A stretch of DNA of 64,000 bases from Ophelia neglecta (lineage: Eukaryota). The notes beneath the pieces were generated by a model. It was not told where the DNA came from, did not search any database, and saw only the letters and a program-made list of their open reading frames with translations. The stretch covers positions 25,296,001 to 25,360,000 of the forward strand of contig OZ260665.1 of NCBI GenBank assembly GCA_965285935.1. Direction: 5' to 3'. Positions 50,597 to 63,725 of this stretch are shown here, piece after piece. Numbering within the stretch: the first letter of the stretch is position 1; each line of letters opens with the position of its first letter. The position numbers and the translations under genes are program-made.

Positions 50597-51052
50597 AAAA
50601 TATTTGAAAAAATTGTTTAGAACCAACTAAAAGCCTGTCTCAGTGAACATAATTTTCTTTCACCGGACCAGTCTGCCTATAGAAAATACCATTCTACAGA
50701 AACATCATTACATAGGGTGATAGCTGACCTATTGGATGCTGTTAACGAAGGCCTGGTTGGTAGAATTTGATTTTTTGACCTGCAAAAATGTTTCGATACC
50801 ATAGACCATAGCATCCTACTCACTAAACTGGAACATTATGCCGGGTGGTATTCGCGGTACCTGCAAACTATGGTTTGAGAGTTATTTAACTGATAGAAAA
50901 CAAGCTGTTTTAGTAAATGGGACACTTTCCTCTTTTTTGCAAATTGAATACGGAGTGCCACAGGGCTCTGTGCTTGGCCCGTTACTCTTTCTGTTATTTA
51001 TCAATGACCTGCCCATGTCCATTGTTAATGCATTCAGTAACCTCTTCGCTAA
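50597..51052 (+). mobile_element. CR1/L2-group LINE reverse transcriptase fragment (disrupted)
   Basis: KIFEKIV*NQL...QSAYRKYHSTETSL...[20 protein letters not shown] / GIRG...[11 protein letters not shown]...[21 protein letters not shown]. Truncated at the catalytic motif (LFAN). Confidence 0.9.
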
Positions 51053-51804
51053 CGTCCCTGGAGCTGTGAACTACGGTAGAGCGGAGAGCCCTGCGAGGAC
51101 CAAATATCAGTCCCGTCCTGTCCCGGTTCTATATAATAACAATGCAATAATGAGGGTAGCCTTATATCGCGCTCTGAACTACCGTAACGATTCAAGGCTA
51201 CCCTCGGCACGATACAACCCGAATATTTCTGTCAAACTATGTCGGCCATTGTTGATACTCACGCCGTTCGAATAAGATATTACACATTAAGAAATTGTAA
51301 CGAATAACGAAATATTTCATTGTATAAAGAGGAATTAGCAAGGCCTTTGATTGTTTATGGAATGGATGATTTCTCCGGCATGGCAGGAATTACAGTTTTT
51401 ACCCAGCAAATAGGAGCAAATTTTACGATAACTCATCACGCCCTTCGACAGCCAGGTTTCGCGCCAAACATACCGGAAATGACATTTATTTGCACATCCC
51501 GATCAAATTCTACCGAGACGTAACGAAATTGTCGGGGGGTTCCCAAAAGGAGCGCGGCTGGTCGGAGAGACAAAAAAGTACGATATAACCCTACAACGCG
51601 ATACAACCCAGAATTCCCTAGAGTCAATTACGCAGGTTATAATAATTGGGACAGATAAACAAGACATGATATTCGTCTTCCAGTAAGTTACATGAAAGTT
51701 ACCATTACCGTCCTTAACACAGGATTTCACAGATATGTAACGTTACTTGACCTTTAAAATAGCAAACATTCTCCCGGTTTTCCCAATTATTCAAAAGCTA
51801 TAGG

Positions 51805-52042
51805 ATGGGCCGTAGTACCAATGGGCCGTAGTACCAATGGGCCGTAGGACCAATGGGCCGTAGGACCAATGGGCCGTAGGACCAATGGGCCGTAGGACCA
51901 ATGGGCCGTAGGACCAATGGGCCGTAGGACCAATGGGCCGTAGGACCAATGGGCCGTAGTACCAATGGGCCGTAGGACCAATGGGCCGTAGGACCAATGG
52001 GCCGTAGGACCAATGGGCCGTAGGACCAATGGGTCGTAGGAC
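51805..52042. repeat. 16-bp minisatellite, about 15 units
   Basis: ATGGGCCGTAG(G/T)ACCA repeated head to tail without spacers. Confidence 0.95.
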
Positions 52043-52525
52043 TATAGAACCTGAACCAGCTGGACACTGAAAACCGCCGACATTAACCTCAGTTTGTAAA
52101 TAATTTATAAAAAATATGTTCAACATAATTATGTTCTTAACTAATAAAAATAAGTATGGTTTGAAGATTAATAAACACAGAGGAAACAAATAGCAAATAT
52201 GCCCAAAATTAATTTTTTTTTCGCCGTGTACGCGACCTAACAACCGGACAATTCATGCCAATCCGCCCAATATGAGATTTGCATATTGAGTCCCGAATTA
52301 AAATGTACCTGCCCGTTATTTTTATAACTTTCAATATAATAGCGAAGCAGGCCTCGAGGATTAAGTAGAGTCTGATGTTAATGCGGCAACATAAAAAACA
52401 GGCACAAAGGTCTGTTTCTAATCTCTATCTGAAGGAATTTTAATTTAAAATAAAAACTGGTTGCAATATTACCTGCTCTTGGCGTTTTAAATATGCCAGA
52501 TTAACGCTATTCTTTAAACCTTAGG

Positions 52526-52732
52526 CAGTGGCGGATCCAAGATTTCAGGAGGGGGTGGGGGGGGGGGGGGGGGGGGCAACATTTTCCATGGCTGACAAGG
52601 CCAATGTTTGGATTTTTCCCGTTACCAACCCTCTGAAAGCACCTTGCGTGGGTCCAAAAATAGGCCCTGGTACAGGCCCACTTTTTGGCAAAGGGGGGGG
52701 GGGGTCCTGCCCCCCCTCTGAATCCGCCACTG
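52526..52732. mobile_element. hAT-like MITE (CAGTGGCGGAT TIRs)
   Basis: CAGTGGCGGATCCA...TGAATCCGCCACTG; homologous to 8724-8924. Confidence 0.8.
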
Positions 52733-52777
52733 TGAGTGCAAACTAGGACAGCATTAATCGCTCGCGATATAACCTTA

Positions 52778-53165
52778 CTAGAACGACCCGTTCGCTTCGC
52801 TCACTTTCAACCCCTGGGTCTCCTACCAGCATGTTTTATAAAGGCAACAATTTATTTTCCACACATGACTGTACCTCCAACTTATCCCATCTAACCTCCA
52901 CTCATACCCCACTCCTCTCCCAACCATCCACCGTAATCGTTGTAGGTTCTTCTCTGTCAGCAACCCGCTCCTCCACCCAGCCTTGCCCGCCCTGGATAAT
53001 AAAAATGAACATGTCTTATAAAATTAGTTCATTATAACATTTTAACCTACCTCGTCCTCTTGACCACCCACAACGCACCGCACATTCAGTATCGTTTCAG
53101 GCTTTACATACCAGCTTTAAATATCATATCGCTTATGGACTAGGCCTACCACTACAGTCTAGAAT
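52778..53165 (-). mobile_element. Non-autonomous Helitron-like repeat (duplicated at about 54850-55237)
   Basis: Homologous to 36973-37394; CTAG|T terminus on the minus strand. Confidence 0.6.
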
Positions 53166-53777
53166 CTACAATCTGGCATGAGTGTTGCCATAAGGGGCCA
53201 TTATAGCCTCTAGCAGGGTGAAAATATTTAAAAAACGCCCCTTGGGATATCTCATTAATTTGTATTGGGTAAAAAATATTTAAACGTACCTTCACCAGCT
53301 CCTTTTTTCAGCTAATGCACTTGAAAGTGCCTTCTCCCTTTAAACACTGTAAATTACATCTTCTTGTTGTTGAGATTAGTACCTCAAAAATACAATTTTA
53401 CAAATGTTCATAAAAAAACCCACTTATTATTGCCTAAATTACAAAGCTAGATACATTAAACAATTTAAAGACCAACCGCCATGATGATTACCAAAAAAAT
53501 GAATGTTTATTTATACAAGAAGTGCTCAGACAGTGTATATTTATCTTGGTTTGCACGGCATGCAACTGATTTGTTTAATCAATGCCATGTTGTAGCCTAG
53601 AGAGTATTTTCTCTACTTGAACAGGGTATGAAGCGCATGCCTTTATCTGTGCAATAGTATGCTATAAAATCACTGTCTACGTAATCAAGTATAAAATGGA
53701 TAGAATCGTGGAAATCAATAATCAGTAGTATGCCATGTGAATACGTTCTATCGCTTCAGTATACCCTACATACTTCC

Positions 53778-54032
53778 GGCCCTCATGGCTGAGTAGATAA
53801 GAACGCTGCTAGGTTGGATGCGAAATCATGCTCAGTTTTTTCGGATCTCGTTATTTTATTATTATAGAAAGCAGGCAAACTTAACAGAATAATGTTTTTT
53901 TGAAGCATGGCAAGAGTGATAGTATATTGATAACCCGTTACAGTGGATTGGGGTCGAATCCCATTGGATCCTTAATTGAGGTATTCTGCCTTTGGTTGCA
54001 TCCCCTCATCCGGATTCTAATAAGGTACCTGC
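53778..54032 (+). mobile_element. Decayed tRNA-derived SINE relic (duplicated at about 55849-56103)
   Basis: A-box-like TGGCTGAGTAG near 53788, B-box-like GGTCGAATCCC near 53952, then a SINE-core-like stretch ending AATAAGGTACCTGC. A-B box spacing is abnormally long. Confidence 0.4.
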
Positions 54033-54604
54033 ACAAAAATTTAAACCGGCAAATACTAAACCCGACCTAGATATCCCTTTGCATGAGAAATAAACGAGAG
54101 TAGATATCAGACAGACAATACCAAATGTTATTGAAGATTTTTATCTTATTTAGGTACACCGGAAGTCGCGATGGTTATTGATCGAATCCGATGATCCGCT
54201 GGATTGTTTGAACATTCGTTTGAGCACATATTGGAACAAAATATTAATCCCTCTACCCACCCGGCTAGTTTCTCCTGGCTGCATCTATCCAAGTGGCAAG
54301 CTATCTTGACGCGACCTAACAACCGGACAATTCATGCCAATCCGCCCAATATGAGATTTGCATATTGAGTCCCGAATTAAAATGTACCTGCCCGTTATTT
54401 TTATAACTTTCAATATAATAGCGAAGCAGGCCTCGAGGATTAAGTAGAGTCTGATGTTAATGCGGCAACATAAAAAACAGGCACAAAGGTCTGTTTCTAA
54501 TCTCTATCTGAAGGAATTTTAATTTAAAATAAAAACTGGTTGCAATATTACCTGCTCTTGGCGTTTTAAATATGCCAGATTAACGCTATTCTTTAAACCT
54601 TAGG

Positions 54605-54804
54605 CAGTGGCGGATCCAAGATTTCAGGAGGGGGTGGGGGGGGGGGGGCAACATTTTCCATGGCTGACAAGGCCAATGTTTGGATTTTCCCCGTTACCAA
54701 CCCTCTGAAAGCACCTTGCGTGGGTCCAAAAATAGGCCCTGGTACAGGCCCACTTTTTGGCAAAGGGGGGGGGGGGTCCTGCCCCCCCTCTGAATCCGCC
54801 ACTG
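54605..54804. mobile_element. hAT-like MITE, copy within the duplicated unit
   Basis: Same as 52526-52732 apart from homopolymer differences. Confidence 0.8.
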
Positions 54805-56833
54805 TGAGTGCAAACTAGGACAGCATTAATCGCTCGCGATATAACCTTACTAGAACGACCCGTTCGCTTCGCTCACTTTCAACCCCTGGGTCTCCTACCA
54901 GCATGTTTTATAAAGGCAACAATTTATTTTCCACACATGACTGTACCTCCAACTTATCCCATCTAACCTCCACTCATACCCCACTCCTCTCCCAACCATC
55001 CACCGTAATCGTTGTAGGTTCTTCTCTGTCAGCAACCCGCTCCTCCACCCAGCCTTGCCCGCCCTGGATAATAAAAATGAACATGTCTTATAAAATTAGT
55101 TCATTATAACATTTTAACCTACCTCGTCCTCTTGACCACCCACAACGCACCGCACATTCAGTATCGTTTCAGGCTTTACATACCAGCTTTAAATATCATA
55201 TCGCTTATGGACTAGGCCTACCACTACAGTCTAGAATCTACAATCTGGCATGAGTGTTGCCATAAGGGGCCATTATAGCCTCTAGCAGGGTGAAAATATT
55301 TAAAAAACGCCCCTTGGGATATCTCATTAATTTGTATTGGGTAAAAAATATTTAAACGTACCTTCACCAGCTCCTTTTTTCAGCTAATGCACTTGAAAGT
55401 GCCTTCTCCCTTTAAACACTGTAAATTACATCTTCTTGTTGTTGAGATTAGTACCTCAAAATACAATTTTACAAATGTTCATAAAAAAACCCACTTATTA
55501 TTGCCTAAATTACAAAGCTAGATACATTAAACAATTTAAAGACCAACCGCCATGATGATTACCAAAAAAATGAATGTTTATTTATACAAGAAGTGCTCAG
55601 ACAGTGTATATTTATCTTGGTTTGCACGGCATGCAACTGATTTGTTTAATCAATGCCATGTTGTAGCCTAGAGAGTATTTTCTCTACTTGAACAGGGTAT
55701 GAAGCGCATGCCTTTATCTGTGCAATAGTATGCTATAAAATCACTGTCTACGTAATCAAGTATAAAATGGATAGAATCGTGGAAATCAATAATCAGTAGT
55801 ATGCCATGTGAATACGTTCTATCGCTTCAGTATACCCTACATACTTCCGGCCCTCATGGCTGAGTAGATAAGAACGCTGCTAGGTTGGATGCGAAATCAT
55901 GCTCAGTTTTTTCGGATCTCGTTATTTTATTATTATAGAAAGCAGGCAAACTTAACAGAATAATGTTTTTTTGAAGCATGGCAAGAGTGATAGTATATTG
56001 ATAACCCGTTACAGTGGATTGGGGTCGAATCCCATTGGATCCTTAATTGAGGTATTCTGCCTTTGGTTGCATCCCCTCATCCGGATTCTAATAAGGTACC
56101 TGCACAAAAATTTAAACCGGCAAATACTAAACCCGACCTAGATATCCCTTTGCATGAGAAATAAACGAGAGTAGATATCAGACAGACAATACCAAATGTT
56201 ATTGAAGATTTTTATCTTATTTAGGTACACCGGAAGTCGCGATGGTTATTGATCGAATCCGATGATCCGCTGGATTGTTTGAACATTCGTTTGAGCACAT
56301 ATTGGAACAAAATATTAATCCCTCTACCCACCCGGCTAGTTTCTCCTGGCTGCATCTATCCAAGTGGCAAGCTATCTTGACCTTACATGAGTTTTCCACC
56401 CGCGATTCATTAGATAAAACAATAAGTGTGACAAGTTGTACATCATTTGAAAAAAAGGAGAGTAGTCGTCTTGACGACAAAGTTTTCCTTTGGCAATACT
56501 AGATTATCACATCAATTGAAGAAATCATCCCTTTGCACTATAAATCATCTTGCCATCTTTCAACCGCCGAAAAATTAGTAAATAACCTTGACGCACGATG
56601 CTTTGAGTATCACATTTGCTCATTAAAAAGTGCCCTATCGCCGTTCTTTGTGTTGGTAGACGACAGTCCATAATAAACTTTATAAATGCTAAATATTTCA
56701 GAGAGAGTCCAAAATGTTAAATGTTTTTTTTTATCTAAGATGAAATTGATTGCAGTTGGTGCAGCCGTCCTGACGCCTGGGTTGGTGTCAGGGAATACAT
56801 TTCTTATCAACCTCGGTGAAGGGCTAGCATTAA

Positions 56834-57706
56834 TGGGCCAGTCACAAATCAGTTGCGATGCGTCGGCGATGGGTAAAACCCGAGAAATTTTAACAAAATC
56901 TTGAGACAGATCTCACGATTTTGCACCCGTCGGAGGCGCTCTCCGGACGCCTGCGGCTTGTCGCTGATTTTTTAGGCATCGCCACACCCGTCGCGGTCCC
57001 CATCTTTGAACTTAAAATTTGAAGATTGCTCGCACGATTTTTCACCCATTTTGGGCATCCCAGACACAATCTCCGATGACCTACGATGCCCTCCGATTTA
57101 TCGGAGGCGTCCTCCGAATAATCTGAGACTAGTCGCAAGATTCTGTGTGGGCCGCACCCACATCTGTCTTGGTCTCCTGCGCCTTCTCTCAACAGCACCG
57201 ATCCTCTCCTCCTCATCAGCCAGAAGGGCCAGCATCACTGCCTCCCTTCTCCTCAGACCCATCAGCCTGGCCCTCAACTCTGTAACATGGCCCACACGGA
57301 GCCTCTGGGGCGGAATCAGCGCCAGCTTCTCTGCAGAGTTGAAGTGACTGTTCTATGTACAAGCAGATGAGGGATACCACGCTACAGTGTACAGGGAGAA
57401 TTAGAGATGCGAGGTCAGAAAACCCTCCTTTTCCCCCACATATACCCATGGTGGGGGAAAAATTAAAAGAAAAGACGCTCGCAGATATCGTCTCCGATCG
57501 CCTCCGATTGCATCGGAGGCGATCGGAGGCTAATCCCACGATTTTTCGACAAAACCGGGTCAAAATCCTTGAAAAAATCTTAGACAATGTGACTGCTCCA
57601 CTTTTATTAGGATTATTGCTAGGATTGTTCAAGGATTCTTTATTTTCTACGACGACCCCCGGCCAAAACTAATCCCCGACCGATCGCCGACATTGTGACT
57701 GGGCCA
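56834..57706 (-). mobile_element. Internally deleted PIF/Harbinger transposon retaining the transposase N-terminus
   Basis: TIRs TGGGCCAGTCACAA / TTGTGACTGGGCCA, flanked by TAA and TTA. Subterminal CTCCGAT/ATCGGAG repeats. Minus-strand MLALLADEEE...RRRRRPRQMWVRP resembles the basic RRxWV(R/H)P N-terminal motif of Harbinger transposases. Confidence 0.8.
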
Positions 57707-58692
57707 TTAGGCTTTAAGATAGGCAATGGTAACTGTAGTCCTGTTTAAAAAAAAGATGCTAGTCACCTTGCTATGCAGGGATCTGCACGATTGTCTGGGC
57801 TATTGCTTTTCCACCATGTAGACCTACAGAAGTTAAATCAGTCAATATTAAATGCATTTCGGCATAACCAGCTCACTGATTACAGCCTTCTAGCATTGAG
57901 ATTTGAAGCTTGACTGATAATTTCCATTTAATCTTAGGTTGTTGCTAAAGAATTGCGAATTTTGTTTACCTACTAATGGGCCTCTCTCATCTGCCTTTTG
58001 TGATCAATTACGTTATTGGTACAAAGAGGAACAGAACGGATAATTTGACGGGCAGATCAACGCATCGGTTCTGATGATTTGCGTGGATGTTAGCCAAAAA
58101 AAGATATGATTAAATTTGATTGAAAAGTCACCTTGTGCTCCCTTTTTGAACAAAGTATTCCTGTCCTCAATGATAATGGAATTGCTCCTGTATCACCCTC
58201 TAGTTCCCAGTTTACTAGCTCAAACACCTGTCTGAAAGTCTTAATTGCATTCATAATCCTCACCTGGGAGACCCAGTTGGTTTGAGTTAAGGCTTTTGAG
58301 CGAGAATTACAATATTGTTTTATTTGCTCATATTGCCCCTTTAGTTGTCCCATAGTGTCATTTTTGTTGATAATAAACTGCCTGTGAGACAGTTATGAGT
58401 TTGCCAACAATCATGCCTAGATATGCTGAACCTTGGATTTTGTTTTTGTTAAGGCATCTCTGCAGAATTATGCAAGTTTCGGAAAATGTCCCCATACAAA
58501 TTAACTCGCATTATACACAGTCCATGTCAGTCTCATCATGTCACGTCCGTATAAACAAATATTCCGTAAAGCAGCTGGTGCCAAACTCTCATTCCTTTAT
58601 TCGAGTGGGGATCCCAATACAAATGCCTCATCCACCTCAATTTCCTCGACAGAATCAGCCGATAAACCCGTGATGTCGCTCGTGCTATTTAT

Positions 58693-58886
58693 TAAACGCG
58701 GGGGTGCGGAGGTTGTGCAGGGGTGCAGATGTCTCGGACATTTGTGGACAGCATGTAAACTAAATTCGAAAGCAGAATAAGGGCTAAGGCTGGGGTTAAT
58801 CGTAGGGTTTGAGCATGGGTTAGGGATAATTGAAATCTAGTGTTTTGTCTTGATGTCATGCATCAACATCATGAAACATCCGCGTT
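58693..58886. mobile_element. Degenerate MITE with internal TTAGGG-like tract
   Basis: AAACGCGG.../...CCGCGTTT imperfect inverted ends around GGGGTTA/GGGTTAGGG motifs; same layout as 2282-2518. Confidence 0.35.
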
Positions 58887-61800
58887 TCAACTGTAATCGT
58901 AGCTTTCGTGTATGAACGCTCTAGATAATTCTGGTAAATTAGATCAACAGATCGGAGTCTATGGCCATGCCATTCTTTCCGTGTCTAAGCACATACGTTT
59001 TATGGCTATCTTGATAGGAGAAGTAGGTCACTGCGGTCACAGTTGAGGCCGCTCTTACACCATATGGCCATAAACCGCGATGGTTACATAATTTGATTTT
59101 CCTTTTTTAGTATGTAGTTTAACGCCATTGAGGCATTTGTTTTCGTTCGGAACTGAAAGAGTAATTATTCATCTAATTATCTGCTCGCACTCACGTTAAG
59201 TGGCCATAAAGTGTTTTTGTGGTTAACATGGTCTCATTGTTCTTATTTAGACAATACGGTTTTGATTTGTATCCATTGTCGAGCCAGATGCTTGATCCCT
59301 AGGGGGACAACACCTTAGCTCTTTTTGTTTTTATGCATATAAATTTATTATGAATAAGTTTGTATATCAGGCCATGCATCTGGGTTTCGCCCAGAGTATT
59401 TCCATTAAGTCAATACGTCACCCCTACACTCCTTGCATTACTTGTAATCATAAATCAACTACAGGTATGTTCGGTACTCTATTATAAGATTTTAACAGTG
59501 CGTTAGACATTAACAACTTCCTTTGTACAAATCACCCATCTTACTCCCTCCTCTCTCCCCCGTAGTTCGTATGGCCCAAATGAGAGCCTTTTGGATAGCT
59601 TCCGTTTCAATAAGGCCCGAGGAATATTACCAAGGAGGACACACAGCGGCAGAAAAATGGAAACATACATTCCCTTCATTCGTCCATTGCATTGTTTGGG
59701 AAATTTACTGCTTAACGATTCAATGCGAGTTACATAAAATTGACATAAATTTAATGTAAAGCCTCGTACAGATTCAATGGACCATTCTATATTTCTGCGT
59801 TTGGCCTGTGTCCCGGGTATCGTTTCCCGTTTTGTCGAAGCAGTAACGGACAAACAAAAATAATTTGCGTAAAATATCCTTAACAGAAATTCGTCTGTAC
59901 TTTCTGGCACACTAACACGCATGAACGTATCAAGTTTGTGTAAACATTTTTAAAATTAATCAAAGAGAAATTGATGGTCAACTTTATTCATAAGTTGTAC
60001 TGCAAGAAGTAACGTGCATACCGAAATGGAATCCAGGACTAGAAGCAATGGCAAATAAATTTTAAAGACTATTATGACAAGATGCAGATGCTGGAATGCC
60101 TAGCAGTCCAACTATGTTGTCACCTGTCTGCACAAAGGATAATATTAGAGAATGGTGAGTTAGGACTGAAAACTCAACATCACTAATTTGTGTGTTCCAA
60201 CTCCACCCAACCAACATGAGACCAATACCGTAGCTTAGGGGGCCTTTCTGATCGGTTCAATTACAGAATGCTAACAGATCCATACTAGTAAAGATATTTT
60301 CATGTTGAATGTTTTCTTTTTAGGAGCCTTAAAACTATAGCTCATCTAATAAGAAACAAACCGGAGGAAGATACTCGGCAGACGAAACAGACTCAATTAT
60401 CAAGAATATATTTCATGAAATCCACCTAAACGCAACAGGGTCAGTCAGTGGTAGTCTCAAACATAAGTCGACTGATCAATCTCCTACAAGGGCCCGTTAA
60501 TCCTAGGCTAAATATATCAATCCCAAGTAGGCCATCTACAGCAGGGTCAGTAGCATCAATCATCTGGACCTGAACTGCAAATAATAGTGTGCACTACTTT
60601 TAGAATTGGTGTGTAAAACACACTACGTGTCACGGCTTTTCTGTCGATGGACGTATTAATCGATGGGGGCATAATCGGTTATTATGTTTAAAATGGCCAT
60701 ATCGAGTTGTCACTGCATTGCTTACTCTTCAAAGCTTTCATAGAGTTTGGATTGCCTATAGTTGTTTTGGACAAAGTCCCGCCTACCAAGCTGGTAGTGG
60801 TGTTTCTGGCGTAGTCGCTAGGGGTCACCACAGATGTGTCCTACTAGCTATAAACTAAAGAAATTATCTTATTCCAAAATCAAAATCGTAGATAGTAATG
60901 AAGCAACATATCTACATCACAAGATATACCAAGTTTAAATTATAGCATGCATATTTCTGCACATGTATTGAGGAAAGCATTATTACGACTGATAATACTA
61001 ATGTAATGACACATTCTATTCATGCTTAGTCATCATTATATATCAGTGGCTTGCAGGCGTCAGGTAGGCCTACATTGAGTTGTGGGACATTGAAAAAAAG
61101 TGTGAGTGCGGTTTGTGTCAACACATGTGTATTTAGTTTTTGAGCGTATCGATGTAAAACGGTAGCTAAAGCGGTATATTTTCATTACGATTATAATGGT
61201 AATCTTTTCAAGCACAGTGCTATATAATTGTTTAATATTTTTAGCACATTTCAAATCCCTTTTCCTGTATAAATATACAAATCATTGAATAACACTGAGA
61301 AAATTCGTAGAATCGGAAGCTTTTATGTCAGTTACAAAGGTACGCACTGTAAAACCCTCAACACCAAGCATAAAGATGTAAATTTCTTTCATGCTAATAC
61401 TGCAGCCAGAAATAAAAAGTATGTCCAAACAAATATACACGGCGGATGTGCATACTTTTAAGACATCGATTACAGCGGAATGGGAGTATTTTTATTCCAA
61501 CCCTGTGAATTCAGTGTTGAAAGCAGGAGCCCGAAATATTGGTGTATACCCACCCAATACATTAGAATAATGAAATCATCAGGTCACTTCTACATAACAC
61601 ATAAACGTGAGAAAGTAGGATGGTAAGAAACCCAGCGTTTATAAAAACCCGCCTATCGCTATGAAGGATGTGCCTTTCAAAGCAAGTTCACATCTCTAAA
61701 CAATGAAGGGGACACCAGAAACGATATTTATTAACACCCACGTAAGATATAGAGACAATTTAAGTAAAGTGGCACCAAGAATGAAGAATATATACCATGT

Positions 61801-62317
61801 ATTTTAATAAAATCGACATTATGAAACTAAACATGCATTCAATTTGATTTTAAGCTAAATATTTGCATGTTTTAAAAAATACCTAAAACTGAACGACTAC
61901 GTCGGGCTTAGTGCATCCTCCTTACAACACCCTTGTTTTTTTTTGTTCGATATGAGCACCAAGAGACCAACGGGTTGACAAATCACCAGGAGTGGTGCTT
62001 AGAAACCCAATAAGAATCAGACGAGACATGGCGTCTTCAGCTCAGGTAGACAAGTATCCAAATACAAGTGCTTTTTTTTCTTCTGCACTCGATTAAGTAT
62101 TAGGCCTCTTAGTTAGAATGGTTCCTGTGTGCTATAGGTGGCGTAGACCATCTTGGGGTCGGTCATCGAGACAAGCAATTTCGCTATCCATGTATGGTTG
62201 AAGTTAGTCTATTGTTATATTGTTAGACATCAAATGACATAAAATAGTGTGAGGGCAAATGCTATGTTCGCATGTTATTATCATTCAGATACAAAAGTAG
62301 ATATATGGTTATTACTC

Positions 62318-63725
62318 CAGGGCTTTTAGCTCCTAAATAGGCCGAAATAGGAATTAATTGCAACAGAAGCTTTCTTGGTATTTTTGGAATCAGCAACATG
62401 TCCCTAATCACCAAAAATAAAATCCCAAGCAATAAAATTCAGAATATTTTTTTGATGGCCAAAGTTATGAAGGTACCCAATATCGCCAATCCGTGTCGGA
62501 ACAATCGCACTTTTTTCAATTTCGTTTCATTTAGAACTTTGTAAAACAACACATGGCCCAGTCTTAAGCCATTCAACATATGTTGGTATATATGTCGACT
62601 TCTCGGCATGACTGGTGTATTTGATTTGACTGACATTTGATTTGATTTATTTGATTGACTATGTTTTCAGTAAAAGGGATACACGTATATATCAGGTTTA
62701 TTGGCCAGCAGTTGTTGAAATAAGTGAAACGTAATAATAACTTATCATTGGACAATTCAACATTTTTGTGCTTTACATATTATCCGGCACTAAAATCCTC
62801 AGAAATTTAATATATAAATGCTTATTGTTTGTGTTTATGTTGAAATTTAATATCTACCGTTCTTTAAAGAACCTGAAAAGTTATATTTGTTTTTACAACT
62901 ACGATTATAGCTCAAACTCGATATTGAGATCACCAGTCAAAGCCTTTTCATGCATACATGCAGAACATCAACAAGCTGATGATAATAAGGAAATAAAACT
63001 TTAGTTTAGATAAGCAAACCATATTTTAAGAAGTAAACTCATCATTCATCTCCATCATCTTCACTTTCATTCTCATCAACAGTAAAAGCGTACCCCTTTT
63101 CGTACAATTTGCTTGTTCAAGTTACAGCTGGTTGCATGCAGAATACACAACGCTCTTTTTCTGCCATGACAGTCAGTATTAGTACTATTCTACTTCACCT
63201 GCAATCAAATACCACAGCCACATGAAAGAGTGATAATGGGCAACAGTAACAGTCAATGTATTCACATTTTGCTCTCAAACTTTAACAAGTGGATAGAAAT
63301 ACATTTAGGCATCGATGTAAGGGGCATATACATGTCGATCATATATTTCTACACCTACATACAAAATAAGGAGATTCCTTGGTTTATTTTAGTTGATGAG
63401 GTAGTAGTCGCCAGCACAATCCATGCAAAACCACATTATCCGCCAATTATCGGCTGCGAACATAATTATTTTATTGGTAATTATAATGAAAATATGTGTG
63501 CGTGTCTACATTGTAATATGCTTTTCATGTTGTGTCAAGTCGTGCTTAAATGAGCAGAAAACACAGGAAATTATAATACAGACCTTAAAGTAAAATACAC
63601 TAATGGCCGTAAAATCGTTAATTTAATTTTTATCACTTGGGACCTTTTTTGGGTGATTGTGGAGACCCCTAGGATTTCAAAACTACCAAAAAACATTCTG
63701 CTGCAATTGGTTCCTGCCAAATTCG
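62318..63725. mobile_element. Old DNA transposon remnant (hAT-like) with diverged subterminal inverted repeats of about 85 bp
   Basis: 62349-62430 (AGGAATTAATTGCAACAGAAG...AATCACCAAAAA...TCCCAAG) matches the reverse complement of 63636-63716. The left end starts CAGGG. No TSD or clear right terminus was found. Confidence 0.45.

Larger units (their letters stand above)
49464..52057. mobile_element. 2.6-kb non-autonomous DNA transposon with minisatellite-built inverted ends, GG...CC termini and 8-bp TSD (MULE- or Merlin-like)
   Basis: AGCTGGAC at 49456-49463 and 52058-52065. Ends ...CTATAGTCCTAC / GTAGGACTATAG... The 16-bp unit CCCATTGGTCCTACGG is arrayed at 49478-49620 and inverted at 51805-52042. 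Confidence 0.85.
52230..56381. repeat. Near-identical tandem duplication (units 52230-54308, 2079 bp, and 54309-56379, 2071 bp)
   Basis: The only differences I found are at homopolymers (G20 vs G13, A5 vs A4, T5C3 vs T4C4). There is a 2-bp AC microhomology at the junction. Confidence 0.95.

Noticed and set aside
51787-52243. CRISPR-like array or repetitive protein (GPLVLRPIGPTAHWSY)n
   Set aside because: The 16-bp units are contiguous with no spacers, there are no cas genes and the context is eukaryotic. The ORFs are open in all three minus frames only because the unit lacks stops.
53778-53965. Functional tRNA gene
   Set aside because: The A- and B-box-like motifs are too far apart, no cloverleaf is evident and a SINE-like body follows.
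58090-58680. Possible LINE endonuclease relic
   Set aside because: Only faint motif echoes across several frames; not supportable.
63040-63200. Minus-strand exon-like segment ending in acidic DENESEDDGDE*
   Set aside because: It contains an in-frame stop and lies inside a decayed DNA transposon. At best it is a transposase C-terminal relic, not a host exon.
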